This document shows, piece after piece, positions 1-22,454 of a DNA stretch of 64,000 nt (the stretch's first letter is position 1; every line of letters begins with the position of its first letter). The notes beneath the pieces are model-generated. The model made no database searches. It had not been told where the DNA came from and saw only the letters and a list, made by a program, of their open reading frames with translations. Source of the DNA: Octopus vulgaris (taxonomy: Eukaryota); NCBI GenBank assembly GCA_951406725.2, contig OX597827.1:76012001-76076000 (forward strand), in the 5' to 3' direction. A program made the position numbers and the translations under genes.

Positions 1-275
1 TCTTCAACACACCAACACTACTTTCTCTGATAACCACTTCCCCGTGATTCCACTGTACCTTTTGTGTGTCCATGGCTAACACTGGACACACTATAGAATT
101 CCAGGATTCACTTTTCCTACATACTGAGCAGGGTTGTTTACTTGTCTATTTTCTTGCTTACTAGAACTTTGGTCTTTGTTGAGTTTAATGCCTTTCAATT
201 CCAGGTTTTTGCTTCCACACCTGGAATTTCTGTTACATATTCCACTATGAGAGCAAGATTATTAGCATATAGTAG
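1..275 (-). mobile_element. Old, degenerate RTE-clade LINE RT fragment
   Basis: The reverse strand gives frameshifted YANNLALIVE..KTKVLVSKK..PCSVCRK..WTHKRYSGITGK, homologous to the YADDLAL/KTKVLVS/PCSICRK/WTHKRC region of the RTE copies at 288-2086 and 6009-7192. Confidence 0.7.
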
Positions 276-287
276 CATATAGCATAT

Positions 288-2086
288 AGAGGGTCATAGT
301 CCAACTAATTAGAGAGAGAGTTAGCCTAGATGAGATGTAGCTTGGTTTTGTGCCTGGCAGAAGCACCACTGATGCCATATTCATGGTTCAACAACTGCAG
401 GAGAAATACCTAGCCAAAGATAAACACCTATACTTAGCTTTTGTGGACTTGGAGAAAGCTTTTGACAGGGTCCCCCCCGATCCCTTATCTGGTGAGCAAT
501 GCAGAAACTGGAGATTTACGAATGGTTAATAAGGGCTGTACAAGCCCTCTACAGAGAGGCTAGTAGTAAGGTTAGAATTGGCAATGAGTACAGTGAAGAA
601 TTCAGGGTAGAATTTGGCGTCCTCCAGGCAATAACGGGGGAATTTAAGACGGGTTGTCCCTGGGAGCTCCTCTATGCTGATGACCTGGCCCTTGTAGCAG
701 AATCACTACCGGAACTAGAGAAGAAATTTCGTGTGTGGAAGCTATGTTTCAAATCAAAAGGCCTTAGAGTCAATGTAGCAAAGACCAAAGTTATAGTAAG
801 TAGGAAGGTGAACTCACCACACACCCCTTCAAGTAGGTGGCCCTGCTCGATCTGTAGAAAAGGTGTAGGTAGAAACTCCATAAGATGTACCCAGTGTATG
901 GATACATAAGAGGTGCAGCAATATCAAAGGAAAATTAAACAAGAAGACAGCTTTCGTGTGCGGCAGATGCACAGGGGCAATAGACACCATTGATACTCAG
1001 AAAACAGATTCCATCACACTCCAAGGGAAGAAGCTAGAACTAGTTGATTGCTTCCGTTACCTAGGTGACCAAGTAAGTAGCAGGGGTGGATGCTCAGAGT
1101 GTGTTACCACTAAAATAAGAATAGCCTGGGCAAAGTTTAGGAAGCTTCTCCCCCTACTGGCGACAAAGGGTCTCTCGCTCAGAGTGAAAGGTAGATTGTA
1201 TGATGCATGTGTGTGAACTGCCATGCTTCATGGCAATGAAACATGGACCATGACTGTGGAGGACATGCGTAGGCTTGAAAGAAATGAAGCTTGCATGATC
1301 CACTGGATGTGTAATGTCAGCGTCCATGCACAACAGAGTGTAAGCGTCCTGAGAGAAATGTTGGGCATAAGAAGCATTGGATGCAGCGTGCAGGAGAGAC
1401 AATTGCGTTGGTACGGTCATGTACTACTGATGGATGAGGAGAGATGTGTGAAGAAGTGCCACTCCCAAACTGTTGAAACGAATCTGGGGTAGAGGTAGAC
1501 CCAGGAAGACATGGGATGAGGTGGTCAAGCATGACCTTCGTACTTTGAGCCTCACAGAGGCTATGACGAAAGACCGAGACCTCTGGAGATATGCTGTGAC
1601 TTCGAAGACCCAACAAATGAAGTGAGTTCATGACTCGCAGGACGGCCTGCTGTGCTAACCTTGGATCATAGAGTGACCTGCTGTTCTTGAGGAGACCTGT
1701 TGAGTCAAGTAAGTCAACATCAAAATAAAAATTCAAATGGAAATTGTAGTTAAGACACCCATGCCGGTAACATGTAAAATGCACCGTCCGAATGCAGCGG
1801 ATACTAGCATCGCCTGACTGGTGTCTGTGTCGGTGACACGTAAAAGCACCAACCGATCGTGGCCGTTTGCCAGCCTGCTCTGGTCCCTGTGCCAGTGGCA
1901 TGTAAAAAACACCCACTACACTCACGGAGTGGTTGGCTTTAGGAAGGGCATCCAGCGGTAGAAACACTGCCAAATCAGACTAGAGCCTGGTAAAGCCTCC
2001 ATGGCTTACCAGACCCCGGTCGAACCGTCCAACCCATGCTAGCATGGAAAACAGACGTTAAATGATGATGATGATGATGATGATGA
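288..2086 (+). mobile_element. 5'-truncated RTE-clade LINE (RT pseudogene, 3'UTR and (GAT)n tail)
   Basis: [57 protein letters not shown] and GRPRKTW motifs across stops and frameshifts; the QGSxLSP motif is deleted relative to the copy at 6009-7192; 3'UTR with ~60-bp repeats ending GACGTTAAA(TGA)n at about 2086. Confidence 0.95.
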
Positions 2087-2229
2087 GTAGTTTCCAAGGG
2101 TAGCTGGTCTTAAATTCCTCTATTATGACCTGGAAGGTGATGATGAATGAGAGGGGACTAAGAATTGAGTTCTATTGACTGCCTATCTCTACATTAAGTT
2201 CATCACCGTACTCATGGTTAACACTTACC

Positions 2230-2552
2230 TTACCGACATGAGTGCCAATCAGGCAATACTGTCATCGGCCACAACGATGACTTCACTTGACTCAACGGGT
2301 CTTTGCAAGCACAGTTTATTGCCCAATGATTGAAGAATACTCTTAAATGGTATGGTTATGCCGCACTGACACAGGCCACAATTACAGTCTCACTTGGCTT
2401 GCTGGGTCTTCTCAAGCACAGCATATCTCTAAAGGTCTCAGTCACTTGTCATCACCTCTGTGAGGCCCAATGTTCAAAGGTTGTGCTTCACCACCTCATG
2501 CCAGGTCCTCTTGGGTCTATCTCTTCCACAGGTTCCCTCTATTGCTAGGGTG
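2230..2552 (-). mobile_element. RTE LINE C-terminal and 3'UTR fragment
   Basis: Reverse strand encodes HTLAIEGTCGRDRPKRTWHEVVKHNL, matching the C-terminus of the + copy at about 1460-1620. Confidence 0.85.
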
Positions 2553-2575
2553 TGATACTTATATATTATTTTATA

Positions 2576-2606
<31 letters not shown>

Positions 2607-2688
2607 TTATAAACAGACACACATGCACATAAATACACATTCACAAAGACACACGTGCACACACACACATATTTAAAAAATAAATGCA

Positions 2689-3180
<492 letters not shown>

Positions 3181-3469
3181 GGAAATATTTGACCTTAAAC
3201 AATTCCATTAACTCTCACACATGCACTAAATAATAAAAACAATTTCATGAATTTAGTCTGTTGGAAAGAATAAATTGTTCACCAAGTCATTCTTTAATGT
3301 CTAATATTTTCCTGATGATATTTTGCTCACAACTATATAAATCAAAATCTATTAGATAAATCTGTAATTTATTAATTGAGTATAAATTGAAACAATTGTA
3401 GGATTGATTAACAATATGTTAATAAATTAATTATTAATCATTAACTCTTCATTTTCTTCTCTTAATTGT

Positions 3470-3800
3470 ATGTGTGTGTGTGTGTATATATATTTATATA
3501 TATATATACATACAAAAATATGTGTGTGTGTGTGCATGTGTACATGCATGTGCGTGTGTGTGTGTATGTGTGTTTGTCTGTCTGTCTGTATCTGTGTTTG
3601 TACCCCACTACCACTTGACAACCGGTGTTGGTCTGTTTACATCCCCATAACTTAGCAGTTCAGCAGCAGAATACATACCAGACTTTAAAAAAAATTAAAT
3701 AAGCACTGGGGTCAATTCATTCGACTAAAAATTCTTCAAGGTGCTGCCGTAGCATGGCCACAGTCCGATGACTGAGAGAAGGAAAAAGAAAAAAAAATAG
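3470..3800 (+). mobile_element. SINE family A, 3' half, diverged
   Basis: CTTGACAACCGGTGTTGG...AGCATGGCCACAGTCCGATGACTGA matches the 3' half of 2689-3180. Confidence 0.8.
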
Positions 3801-3825
3801 AAGATAGATGTTTCAGTATAGAAGC

Positions 3826-5305
3826 TACAGTCCTAAAGTTTTGAGACTTTTCCAAGAGATACATTTATTAATTTCAAAGAAGTACAAAACTCTGATCCCT
3901 ATTCGAAGTAAGACCCTCTAAATTCAATGCCCTTGTTGCAGTGCCTCCAACTACTCCATGAAGGCCTCACGGAAGTCCTTCAAAAGGAAGGTATCCAGGA
4001 CTCTTGTTACAGCCTCTTACATCTTATCAGTGACTTCAAAATGACTGCCCCTCGATTTCTTCTTCAGCTTGGAAAATGTAGGGACGGTGAGGGGCAATTT
4101 TGATGTCCTTCTCTGTCAAATTGGGTAAGTGTCTTCTTCCATAAAATAAATAGGTAAATATTAAGCATTTAATCAATATTCAATTAAAAGTAGAAAATGG
4201 AGAGTTGATGGTTAATAATTAATTTATTAACAGATTGATAATCATTCCTACAACTGTTTCAATTTATACTCAACTAGCAGTATCGCTCAGCGTTGCTCGG
4301 GTTTGTTTCGACCCTTTAGAATTGGAATTTTTCAAAAGTAAAAATTTTGCATTATGTAGTTTGTTATTCTCTTTAAGTGAACATTTTTCTGGTTGAAATA
4401 CACCGAAACATGGTGACACAGCAGTCAAAAGAATCGTAAAAAATAGGGATTTTCATAGAAAAAAAAAGCACCTTGTTGATGTAAATAATTTTTGGTGTTA
4501 ACATTGTACGATTTGAATTTTTTCTTCTATAGAAGGAAGAGCAAGCCTTCTATCATACTCTCAATTTTGGTCAACTTGCGCTGCAGGGTCTCAGAGGAGA
4601 TAGTGTTAGTTGAAGGCTACCAAACCTGCCGTACACAGACAACTTCAGCTTTATATAGAGAGAGATTAATAAATTTGCATTTATAAGTTGCATTTATAAA
4701 TTTGTACTTATAAGTTACCAGGATAAAATTCTGAACAGACAAACACCAGTCGTCAAGCAGTAGTGGAGAACAAACACAAACACAGACACACACCCAGTGC
4801 AGCGGCTCCGGTCTTTTGCAACAAAATCTCTTCCTGAGCTCACTCAAAACCTCCACAAAGTAATCTTTGTTGACTGCCTGACCAGAGAGGACTCAGTGCA
4901 GGCAGATGATGCTCCTGCTGTCATAAAGGTGGATCATCGTGACCTTCCCAGCGAACTGGCTTTGCCTGGCTTTTTTGTGCCAGTGCAAAACATGTTCAGC
5001 TCTTACGAGTCAATCCATAATCAGTCTGGAGTATTTCATAAGTTTATGTAGCATTTTTGCTCGGTCTAACACAAAACTTAACACCATAGCGAGCTTCCAA
5101 ATGGTCTGCATTTTGCAAACTAGTCAGCTGTGACGTGCAGTGGTCTAGTAGGGTGTGTCCAAAGGAATGTTACAATCATCTCCTTTAATCTGAAATCACA
5201 AAAGCTGGCAGGTCAGCTTATAGAATATAGAGAAATGATAGACAAAAATTACAATAATCTACGACAGTTATAACTGCCTCCCCTAAAACTGTTTCAAAAC
5301 TTGTA
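3826..5305 (-). mobile_element. Internally deleted, interrupted mariner-family transposon relic
   Basis: Reverse strand gives VKFCVR..KNAT*TYEILQ (N-terminal HTH), GQAVNKDYFVEVLSELRKRF..KRPE, and C-terminal EAVTRVLDTF..GSYFE; degenerate TIR-like ends; interrupted at about 4130-4795. Confidence 0.75.
4274..4665 (-). mobile_element. Non-autonomous Helitron
   Basis: Minus strand starts TC(TCTC)TATATAAAGC and ends with a GC-rich subterminal hairpin-like segment CCCGAGCAACGCTGAG followed by CTAG; inserted between A and T with no TSD; the empty site is visible in the inverted paralog at 3366-3468. Confidence 0.9.
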
Positions 5306-5801
5306 TCTTTTCATAAGTATAAATGCATGTATTTATGTCGGGGACATGTTGCCTAGGTAGACAAGGTAGGCAGTGACTACCTTGAATATAATAGATCAAT
5401 AGTAACATTTTCCTCTCGTGGCAAGATATTCACCTGATTCAATAAAATTATGAAGGTTACTCTGATTACTATGCATAAAATGCAAAATGTTTTATTTTTC
5501 GTACATTAGGTCGGCATAATTCACCCCTGCTTTTCAATCTCGGTATTTAAGCTATGCACAGTACTGCTGTAGTACATGTGTTGCATACACTCCTACAACA
5601 CCGTTTTCTTTATGTGCTATAAAGGTAGAAATAGATCTGCCTTCAACTCAGTCGCACACCTGTGTTTTTGCTTATTTTTTTGTGAGTTTTACTGCCTACC
5701 CTGAGTAATTACTGGCTGCACATACCTGATTTATGTATATTTGTAACATAATGCCTATTTATATATGTATATCTATATGTATACATATATATATATATAT
5801 A

Positions 5802-5913
5802 TTGGCCTGCTCGCTTAGCCAGCGGGGTGGCGTCTTTCGAAGGCTAAAACAATGCGAACGCATTGTGACCAGCGATGCGTAACAACATCTGATGGTCTGG
5901 TCGGTCACGTGAT

Positions 5914-5920
<7 letters not shown>
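5802..5920. repeat. Short CpG-rich structured element embedded in (TA)n, ending in the palindrome TCACGTGATCACGTGA
   Basis: Flanked by (TA)n on both sides; hairpins CAATGCG/CGCATTG and GTGACC/GGTCAC; perfect 16-bp palindrome at 5905-5920. Confidence 0.55.
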
Positions 5921-5983
<63 letters not shown>

Positions 5984-6008
5984 GCATACATATTTTTACG
6001 CATAGACT

Positions 6009-7192
6009 CATCATCATCATCATCATCACCACCATGACCATACCAGCGCAAACATCTCTCTTGCACACCACATCTGATGCCTCTTATGTCCAGCATTTCT
6101 CTCAGGGCACTTACACTCTGTCGTGTATGCTAACTGACATTACACATCCAGCGGATCATGCAAGCTTCATTTCTTTCTAGCCTACGCATGTCCTCCGCAG
6201 TCATGGCCCATGTTTCATTACCGTAAAGCATGGCAGTTCGCACACATGCATCATACAATCTACCTTTCACTCTGAGTGAGAGACCCTTTGTCACCAGTAG
6301 AGGTAGGAGCTTTCTAAACTTTGCCCAGGCTATTCTTACTCTAGTTGTAACACGCTCTGAGCATCTACCCCCACTACTAACTTGGTCACCTAGGTAGCGG
6401 AGGCTATCAACTACTTCTAGATTCTTCCCTTGGAGTGTGATGGAATCTGTTTTCTGAGCATCTGTGGTGTTTATTGCCCCTGTGTATCTGCCGCACAGAA
6501 AAGCTATCTTCTTGGTTAATTTTCTTCTGATGTTGCTGCACCTCTTATGCGTCCATAGCTTACACTGGATACATCTTATGAACTTTCTACCTACACCTTT
6601 TCTACAGATCACGCAGGGCCACCTATCTGAGGGTGTGTGTGATAAGTTCGCCTTCCTACTTACTAGAACTTTGGTCTTTGCTACATTTACTCTTGGCCTT
6701 TTGATTCTAAACCTAGCATCCACACCCGAAATTTCTTTTCTAGTTCCGGTAGTGATTCTGCTATGAGGGCCAGGTCATCAGCATAGAGGAGCTCCCAGGG
6801 GCAACCTGTCTTGAATTCCCCTGTTATTGCCTGGAGGACTATGATGAATAAAAAGGGACTGAGGGTTGAACCTTGATGGTCCCCTACATCTACCTGGAAT
6901 TCTTCACTATATTCCTTACAAATCCTAACCTTACTAACGGCCTCTCTGTATATGCCCTTATTAACCATTTGTCAATCTCCAGTTCCTGCATTGCCCACCA
7001 GATAAGGGATCAAGGGACTCTGTCAAAGGCTTTCTCCAAGTCCATAAAAGCTAAATATAGGGGTTTATCTTTAGCTAGGTATTTCTCCTGCAGTTCTTGA
7101 ACCAGGAATATGGCATCAGTGGTGCTTCTACCCGCAACAAAACCGAACTGCATCTCATCTAAGCAGACTCTCTCCCTAATGAGATGGGCTAT
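6009..7192 (-). mobile_element. 5'-truncated RTE-clade LINE (RT pseudogene)
   Basis: [66 protein letters not shown]-like CVIC..CIQC..WTHKRC, LRYLG, LRWYGH, then directly (GAT)n. Confidence 0.95.
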
Positions 7193-18500
<11,308 letters not shown>

Positions 18501-18539
18501 AAACATGTATAGACACGCAACACAAGCATACATATGGGA

Positions 18540-19086
18540 CACATAACTCTACTTGTGAAGACCTGTTGAGGCAAGTGAAAATCAAAAATCAAAGAATCAA
18601 ATCAAAATCGAAATCGATCAACATCAATGGAATTTGTAGTTTTGTGGTACCAGTGCCGGTGGGACATAAGAAAACCATCTGAACGTGGCCATAGCCAGTA
18701 CCGCATCGACTGGCCACCGTACTGGTGGCACGTAACAATCACCATCTGATCGTGGACGTGCCAGCCTCACCTGGCCTCCATGCCGGTGGCACGTAAAAAA
18801 CACCATCCGATCGTGGCCGTGCCAGCCTCGCCTGGCCTCTGTGTCGGTGGCACGTAACAAACACCATCCGAGCATGGCCGTTCGCCAGCCTCATCTGGCA
18901 CCTGTGTCGGTGGCACATAAAAAGCACCCACTACACTCACGGAGTGGTTGGCGTTAGGAAGGGCATCCAGCTGTAGAAACACTGCCAGATCTGACTGGCC
19001 TGGTGCAGCCTTCGGGCTTCCCAGACCCCAGTCGAACTGTCCAACCCATGCTAGCATGGAAAGCGGACGTTAAACGATGATGATGA
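18540..19086 (+). mobile_element. RTE 3'UTR-only copy with about five ~60-bp internal repeats and (GAT)n tail
   Basis: Homologous to 1690-2086; ends CCCATGCTAGCATGGAAAGCGGACGTTAAACGATGATGATG. Confidence 0.9.
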
Positions 19087-19104
19087 TATATATACACAAA
19101 TAGG

Positions 19105-19240
19105 CAGTTACACAGGTGCAAAACCAAGTGTTGAAAAATCGTATTCAATTATCAAAGGTAGAGTATAACAGCGATTTACTGAAGCTGATCATTCACTAGT
19201 TGTGATTCAGAGTTTCACGAAACTGATCATCAGACATAAA
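19105..19240 (-). mobile_element. Short non-coding element with a degenerate minimal hammerhead (Penelope pLTR- or retrozyme-like)
   Basis: Minus strand TGT-CTGATGA-tcagtttcgt-GAAAC-TCTGAATC-ACA at 19201-19236; body homologous to 48693-48743 and 49097-49217. Confidence 0.5.
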
Positions 19241-19289
19241 GAATGCATCATAAATGATGGCAAATGAGATAGATTAATAGTTAAGAGTG

Positions 19290-19662
19290 ACTATTTAGTG
19301 AGTAGAAAGAAGTTTGCTTCCCAACCACATGGTTCCGGGTTCAGTCCCGCTGTGTGGCACCTTGGGCAAATATCATCCACAGTCTCGGAACAACTAAAGC
19401 CTGGTGACTGTATTTGGTGGGCGAAAACTTGTCGTATGTATATCTATATATATGTGTATGTATGTGCATCTTTTCTTTTGTGGCCCTCCCCGCTTGACAA
19501 CTGGTGTTGGTTTGCTTACATCCTTGTAACTTAGGGGTGCAGCTAAAAATCCGATAGCATATGTACTAGGCTCTAAAGCACTGGAATCGATTTATTCTAT
19601 TAAAAATTTCTTCAAGGCGGTGCCCAGGATGGCTACAATCTGATGATTAAATCAAGTAAAAA
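19290..19662 (+). mobile_element. SINE family A, diverged
   Basis: CCAACCACATGGTTCCGGGTTCAGTCCC..CACCTTGGGCAA..GGCGGTGCCCAGGATGGC. Confidence 0.85.
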
Positions 19663-19663
19663 G

Positions 19664-19747
<84 letters not shown>

Positions 19748-19893
19748 GGTGTTAGGAAGGGCATCCAGCTGTAGAAACATTGCCAGATAAGACTGGAGCC
19801 TGGTGCAGCCTTCTGGCTTCCCAGAACCCCGGTCGAACCGTCCAACCCATGCTAGCATGGAGAACGGACGTTAAACGATGATGATGATGATGA

Positions 19894-19897
<4 letters not shown>
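19748..19897 (+). mobile_element. RTE 3' tail fragment
   Basis: GTTAGGAAGGGCATCCAGCTGTAG...GGACGTTAAAC(GAT)n, inserted in (TA)n. Confidence 0.9.
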
Positions 19898-19944
<47 letters not shown>

Positions 19945-19947
<3 letters not shown>

Positions 19948-20285
19948 GGTATGGTGTCAACTTAATGTGACAGTCCCATGAAAGGGAAGAATGCTATTTA
20001 GGAAACATTGTCTGTGTCCTTATGTTTTCAAAGGCGAATAAGCCTCGACAGCTAGCAAGCCATGCTACTCCAGACTGATAATGAGCAATGACTCTGAAAC
20101 TAGTCTCTGGATGCTGGCTTTGCTGGGTAGAGGTGCTTATCTCCCCTGTTTGAAAATATAAGGACACAGAAAATGTGTCATGGCCAACAGGAAATGGTGT
20201 TTCCTAGGGATAAATAGCATGACTGATCTCAATTATTGGGACCACCTTAAAGCATTGAAACGCTAGTCTCTCCAGCACCACCGTG
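19945..20285 (+). ncRNA. Rod-like fold-back element with an apical type-I hammerhead ribozyme motif (core degenerate)
   Basis: Stem I TCCAGA(20069-74)/TCTGGA(20106-11), CTGATAA, GAG/CTC, GAAAC-TA-GTC; nested arms 20005-20032/20149-20176 (26 of 28 Watson-Crick plus one GU), 19991-20000/20211-20220 (10 of 10), 19973-78/20237-42. Confidence 0.65.
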
Positions 20286-20931
20286 GGCAATACATCATTT
20301 GCACATTGTGGAGAATATACCACCAGTATTGCCCAAATGACCTTAATTTCAGAATTCACCCAAGGATAGGACCACGTGTCATATGTCCCCTACAGCAGTG
20401 CTACACACTCAAAGTGGTGATGCACGGACCGGTGCTGGCTTGCGAGCCATCAGCTGCCAGTATGCGGCAAGTTTCCAGAAAAGAAAGAAACATTATAAAA
20501 TGCTTAAGTGATATTGTATTATTTGTTTACAAAATAAATATAAGATAAAAAAATTGTCAACTTTTATTATATTCATTAGTCCTCCTGTTAGTAGCTCAGT
20601 GATAGTTGGTTGCTATTTCGCCACTTGATACTGGCTGCCCCATTTTACATGTGGTTCAAGGGATAGTTCTGAAACTGTTAAAGCTGCAATTGACTTTAAA
20701 CATGAACTCCACTGGCATTTTTTCCTCTTAGTACTGCATTTGCTGACGTATGAAGACGCACTCACACATCAGACAAACCCCAACATTTTTACAAAAAAAA
20801 ATATTTCATGGAAAAAGGAAACTTAAAGTTTCATTGTTTACAGATTCACTCAGTATCCCATCCTGTAATATGGTCACCTTTGGTGCATAGCAATCTTTTG
20901 TTACATTTAGGAATAAAAATTAAAAAGCGAC

Positions 20932-21130
20932 TGGCCCCCGTGTAGGTGGCACGTAAAAAGCACCCACTACACTCTCGGAGTGGTTGGCGTTAGGAAGGAC
21001 ATCCAGCAATAGAAACTCTGCCAAATCAAGATTGGAGACTGGTGCAACCATCTGGTTCGCCAGCCCTCAGTCAAAATCGTCCAACCCATGCTAGCATGGA
21101 AAGCGGACGTTAAACGATGATGATGATGAT
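20932..21130 (+). mobile_element. RTE 3' tail fragment
   Basis: GGTGGCACGTAAAAAGCACCCACTACAC...GCGGACGTTAAAC(GAT)n. Confidence 0.9.
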
Positions 21131-21409
21131 ATGATATTTCCTTCAACAGTGAGAAACTGAATCAGTCGATGTTACTGGGCTTCTGATACTGGTACGGAAA
21201 GAGAAAGACATCCTGAAACTAGAAGCCTAATCTGAATGCTTGCAACAGTGCGGACTCTACTGAAGATATCCAAGATGTCAAGTGGCGGTATTAAATTTGG
21301 GTGAGAAGTTATGTCTACCTCTTGAGTAGGCCATAGCAGGGTTTGGAACAACTCAAAGTGTTCTCTCCCAAGTTCCAGAAAACTTTAGCATTTCATCTAC
21401 CTACATGAT

Positions 21410-22160
21410 ATATGTTCTCTTTTGCTTTTAATTAAAGTTCTTCCTCTGAGGAGGGAGCTAGTTTCTAACAAAGGTACAAAACTACATTGCTGAAAGTAGG
21501 TAACAAAAAATGTCACATTTTAAACTTGAGAAAACCTTACAAATTTTTATTGTGTGTCTTATAGATTGTATTTGATTTCTTTTTCTGAAAATCCAAGCTT
21601 ATCCAGCCTCTCAGTTAGGCAGTTACTCACAAAAGCAAGAGCACCAATTATTAATGGTATTAGCATAAATTTGTAATCAGGATATAGAAGCTGAAGGTTC
21701 CGAAGAAATTGTCCAAAGTTATCCTCCTTCTCTTCCATTTTCAAAGAGATGTTCCACATCTGCAAAGCAATTGTCCTCAGTGATGGAACATACTGTTAGC
21801 ATGTGTCCCAAACAACAATATCCGACCTGCTATGCTTATATTTTGACAGAAGTTTCAATGGGAATATTCCACCAATATTCCTTGTATTGGTGTTTGTGTA
21901 AGATTTGGGAATCTCTACATTTATTTCAGGACAGTCTTTTTTGCAGATAGCACTGTATATTGGTTTTGCAACAACATCATGTCGCATGGAGAGGTAGTAC
22001 CTTGAGGACATTTTTGGGCAGCTGCTAATCACATGTGTGATGTCTTCCACAGAAACATGACATAATCTACATTTTCGGTTGCATTTTGGAAATCTAAGGC
22101 TTCACTGGCTCTTTTGTTCATTAGCTATTTAGTAGCAATCTCCTGTTCTAGAATTGCAGT
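21410..22160 (-). mobile_element. R4/Dong-like RLE non-LTR retrotransposon, 3' part (pseudogene)
   Basis: AILEQEIATK..KCRLCHVSVEDITHVISSCPKMSSRYYLSMRHDVVAK (CCHC knuckle and RH motif), KHSRSDIVVWD (PD-like), KEDNFG..IPLIIGAL; the 5' end abuts (ATAC)n. Confidence 0.88.
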
Positions 22161-22278
22161 GTATGTATGTATGTATGTATGTATATGTGTGTTATATGTG
22201 TGTTTGCATATGCATGTGTTTATGTATGCATGAATGTATGTGCGCGTGCATGTATATATATAGATATACATATATATA

Positions 22279-22353
22279 GTTAATCCAAACATGAAAACAC
22301 AAAGAGAAAACACAACAACACGAGGACGTGGAACAAATATAGTATTATTGGAC
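22279..22353. repeat. Short dispersed-repeat fragment, possibly Penelope pLTR-like
   Basis: Loosely similar to the reverse complement of the block at 61750-61850; both are flanked by (TA)n. Confidence 0.3.
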
Positions 22354-22454
22354 ATGAAACCCAGGGCAACCCCATAGGCCAGCCATATATATCTTTATCT
22401 ATAACTCAGAGCGTGCTTCTTTTCGGATTTATGATTTACTGATGATATATATAT

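Noticed and set aside
21178-21228. GGCTT-CTGATAC...GAAAC-TAG-AAGCC hammerhead-like segment
   Set aside because: The core is broken, there is no clear stem II and no NUH cleavage triplet
21455-21490. Twister-like resemblance of the R4 3'UTR motif
   Set aside because: The conserved twister L4 (AAGCCC) and pseudoknot pairings could not be built
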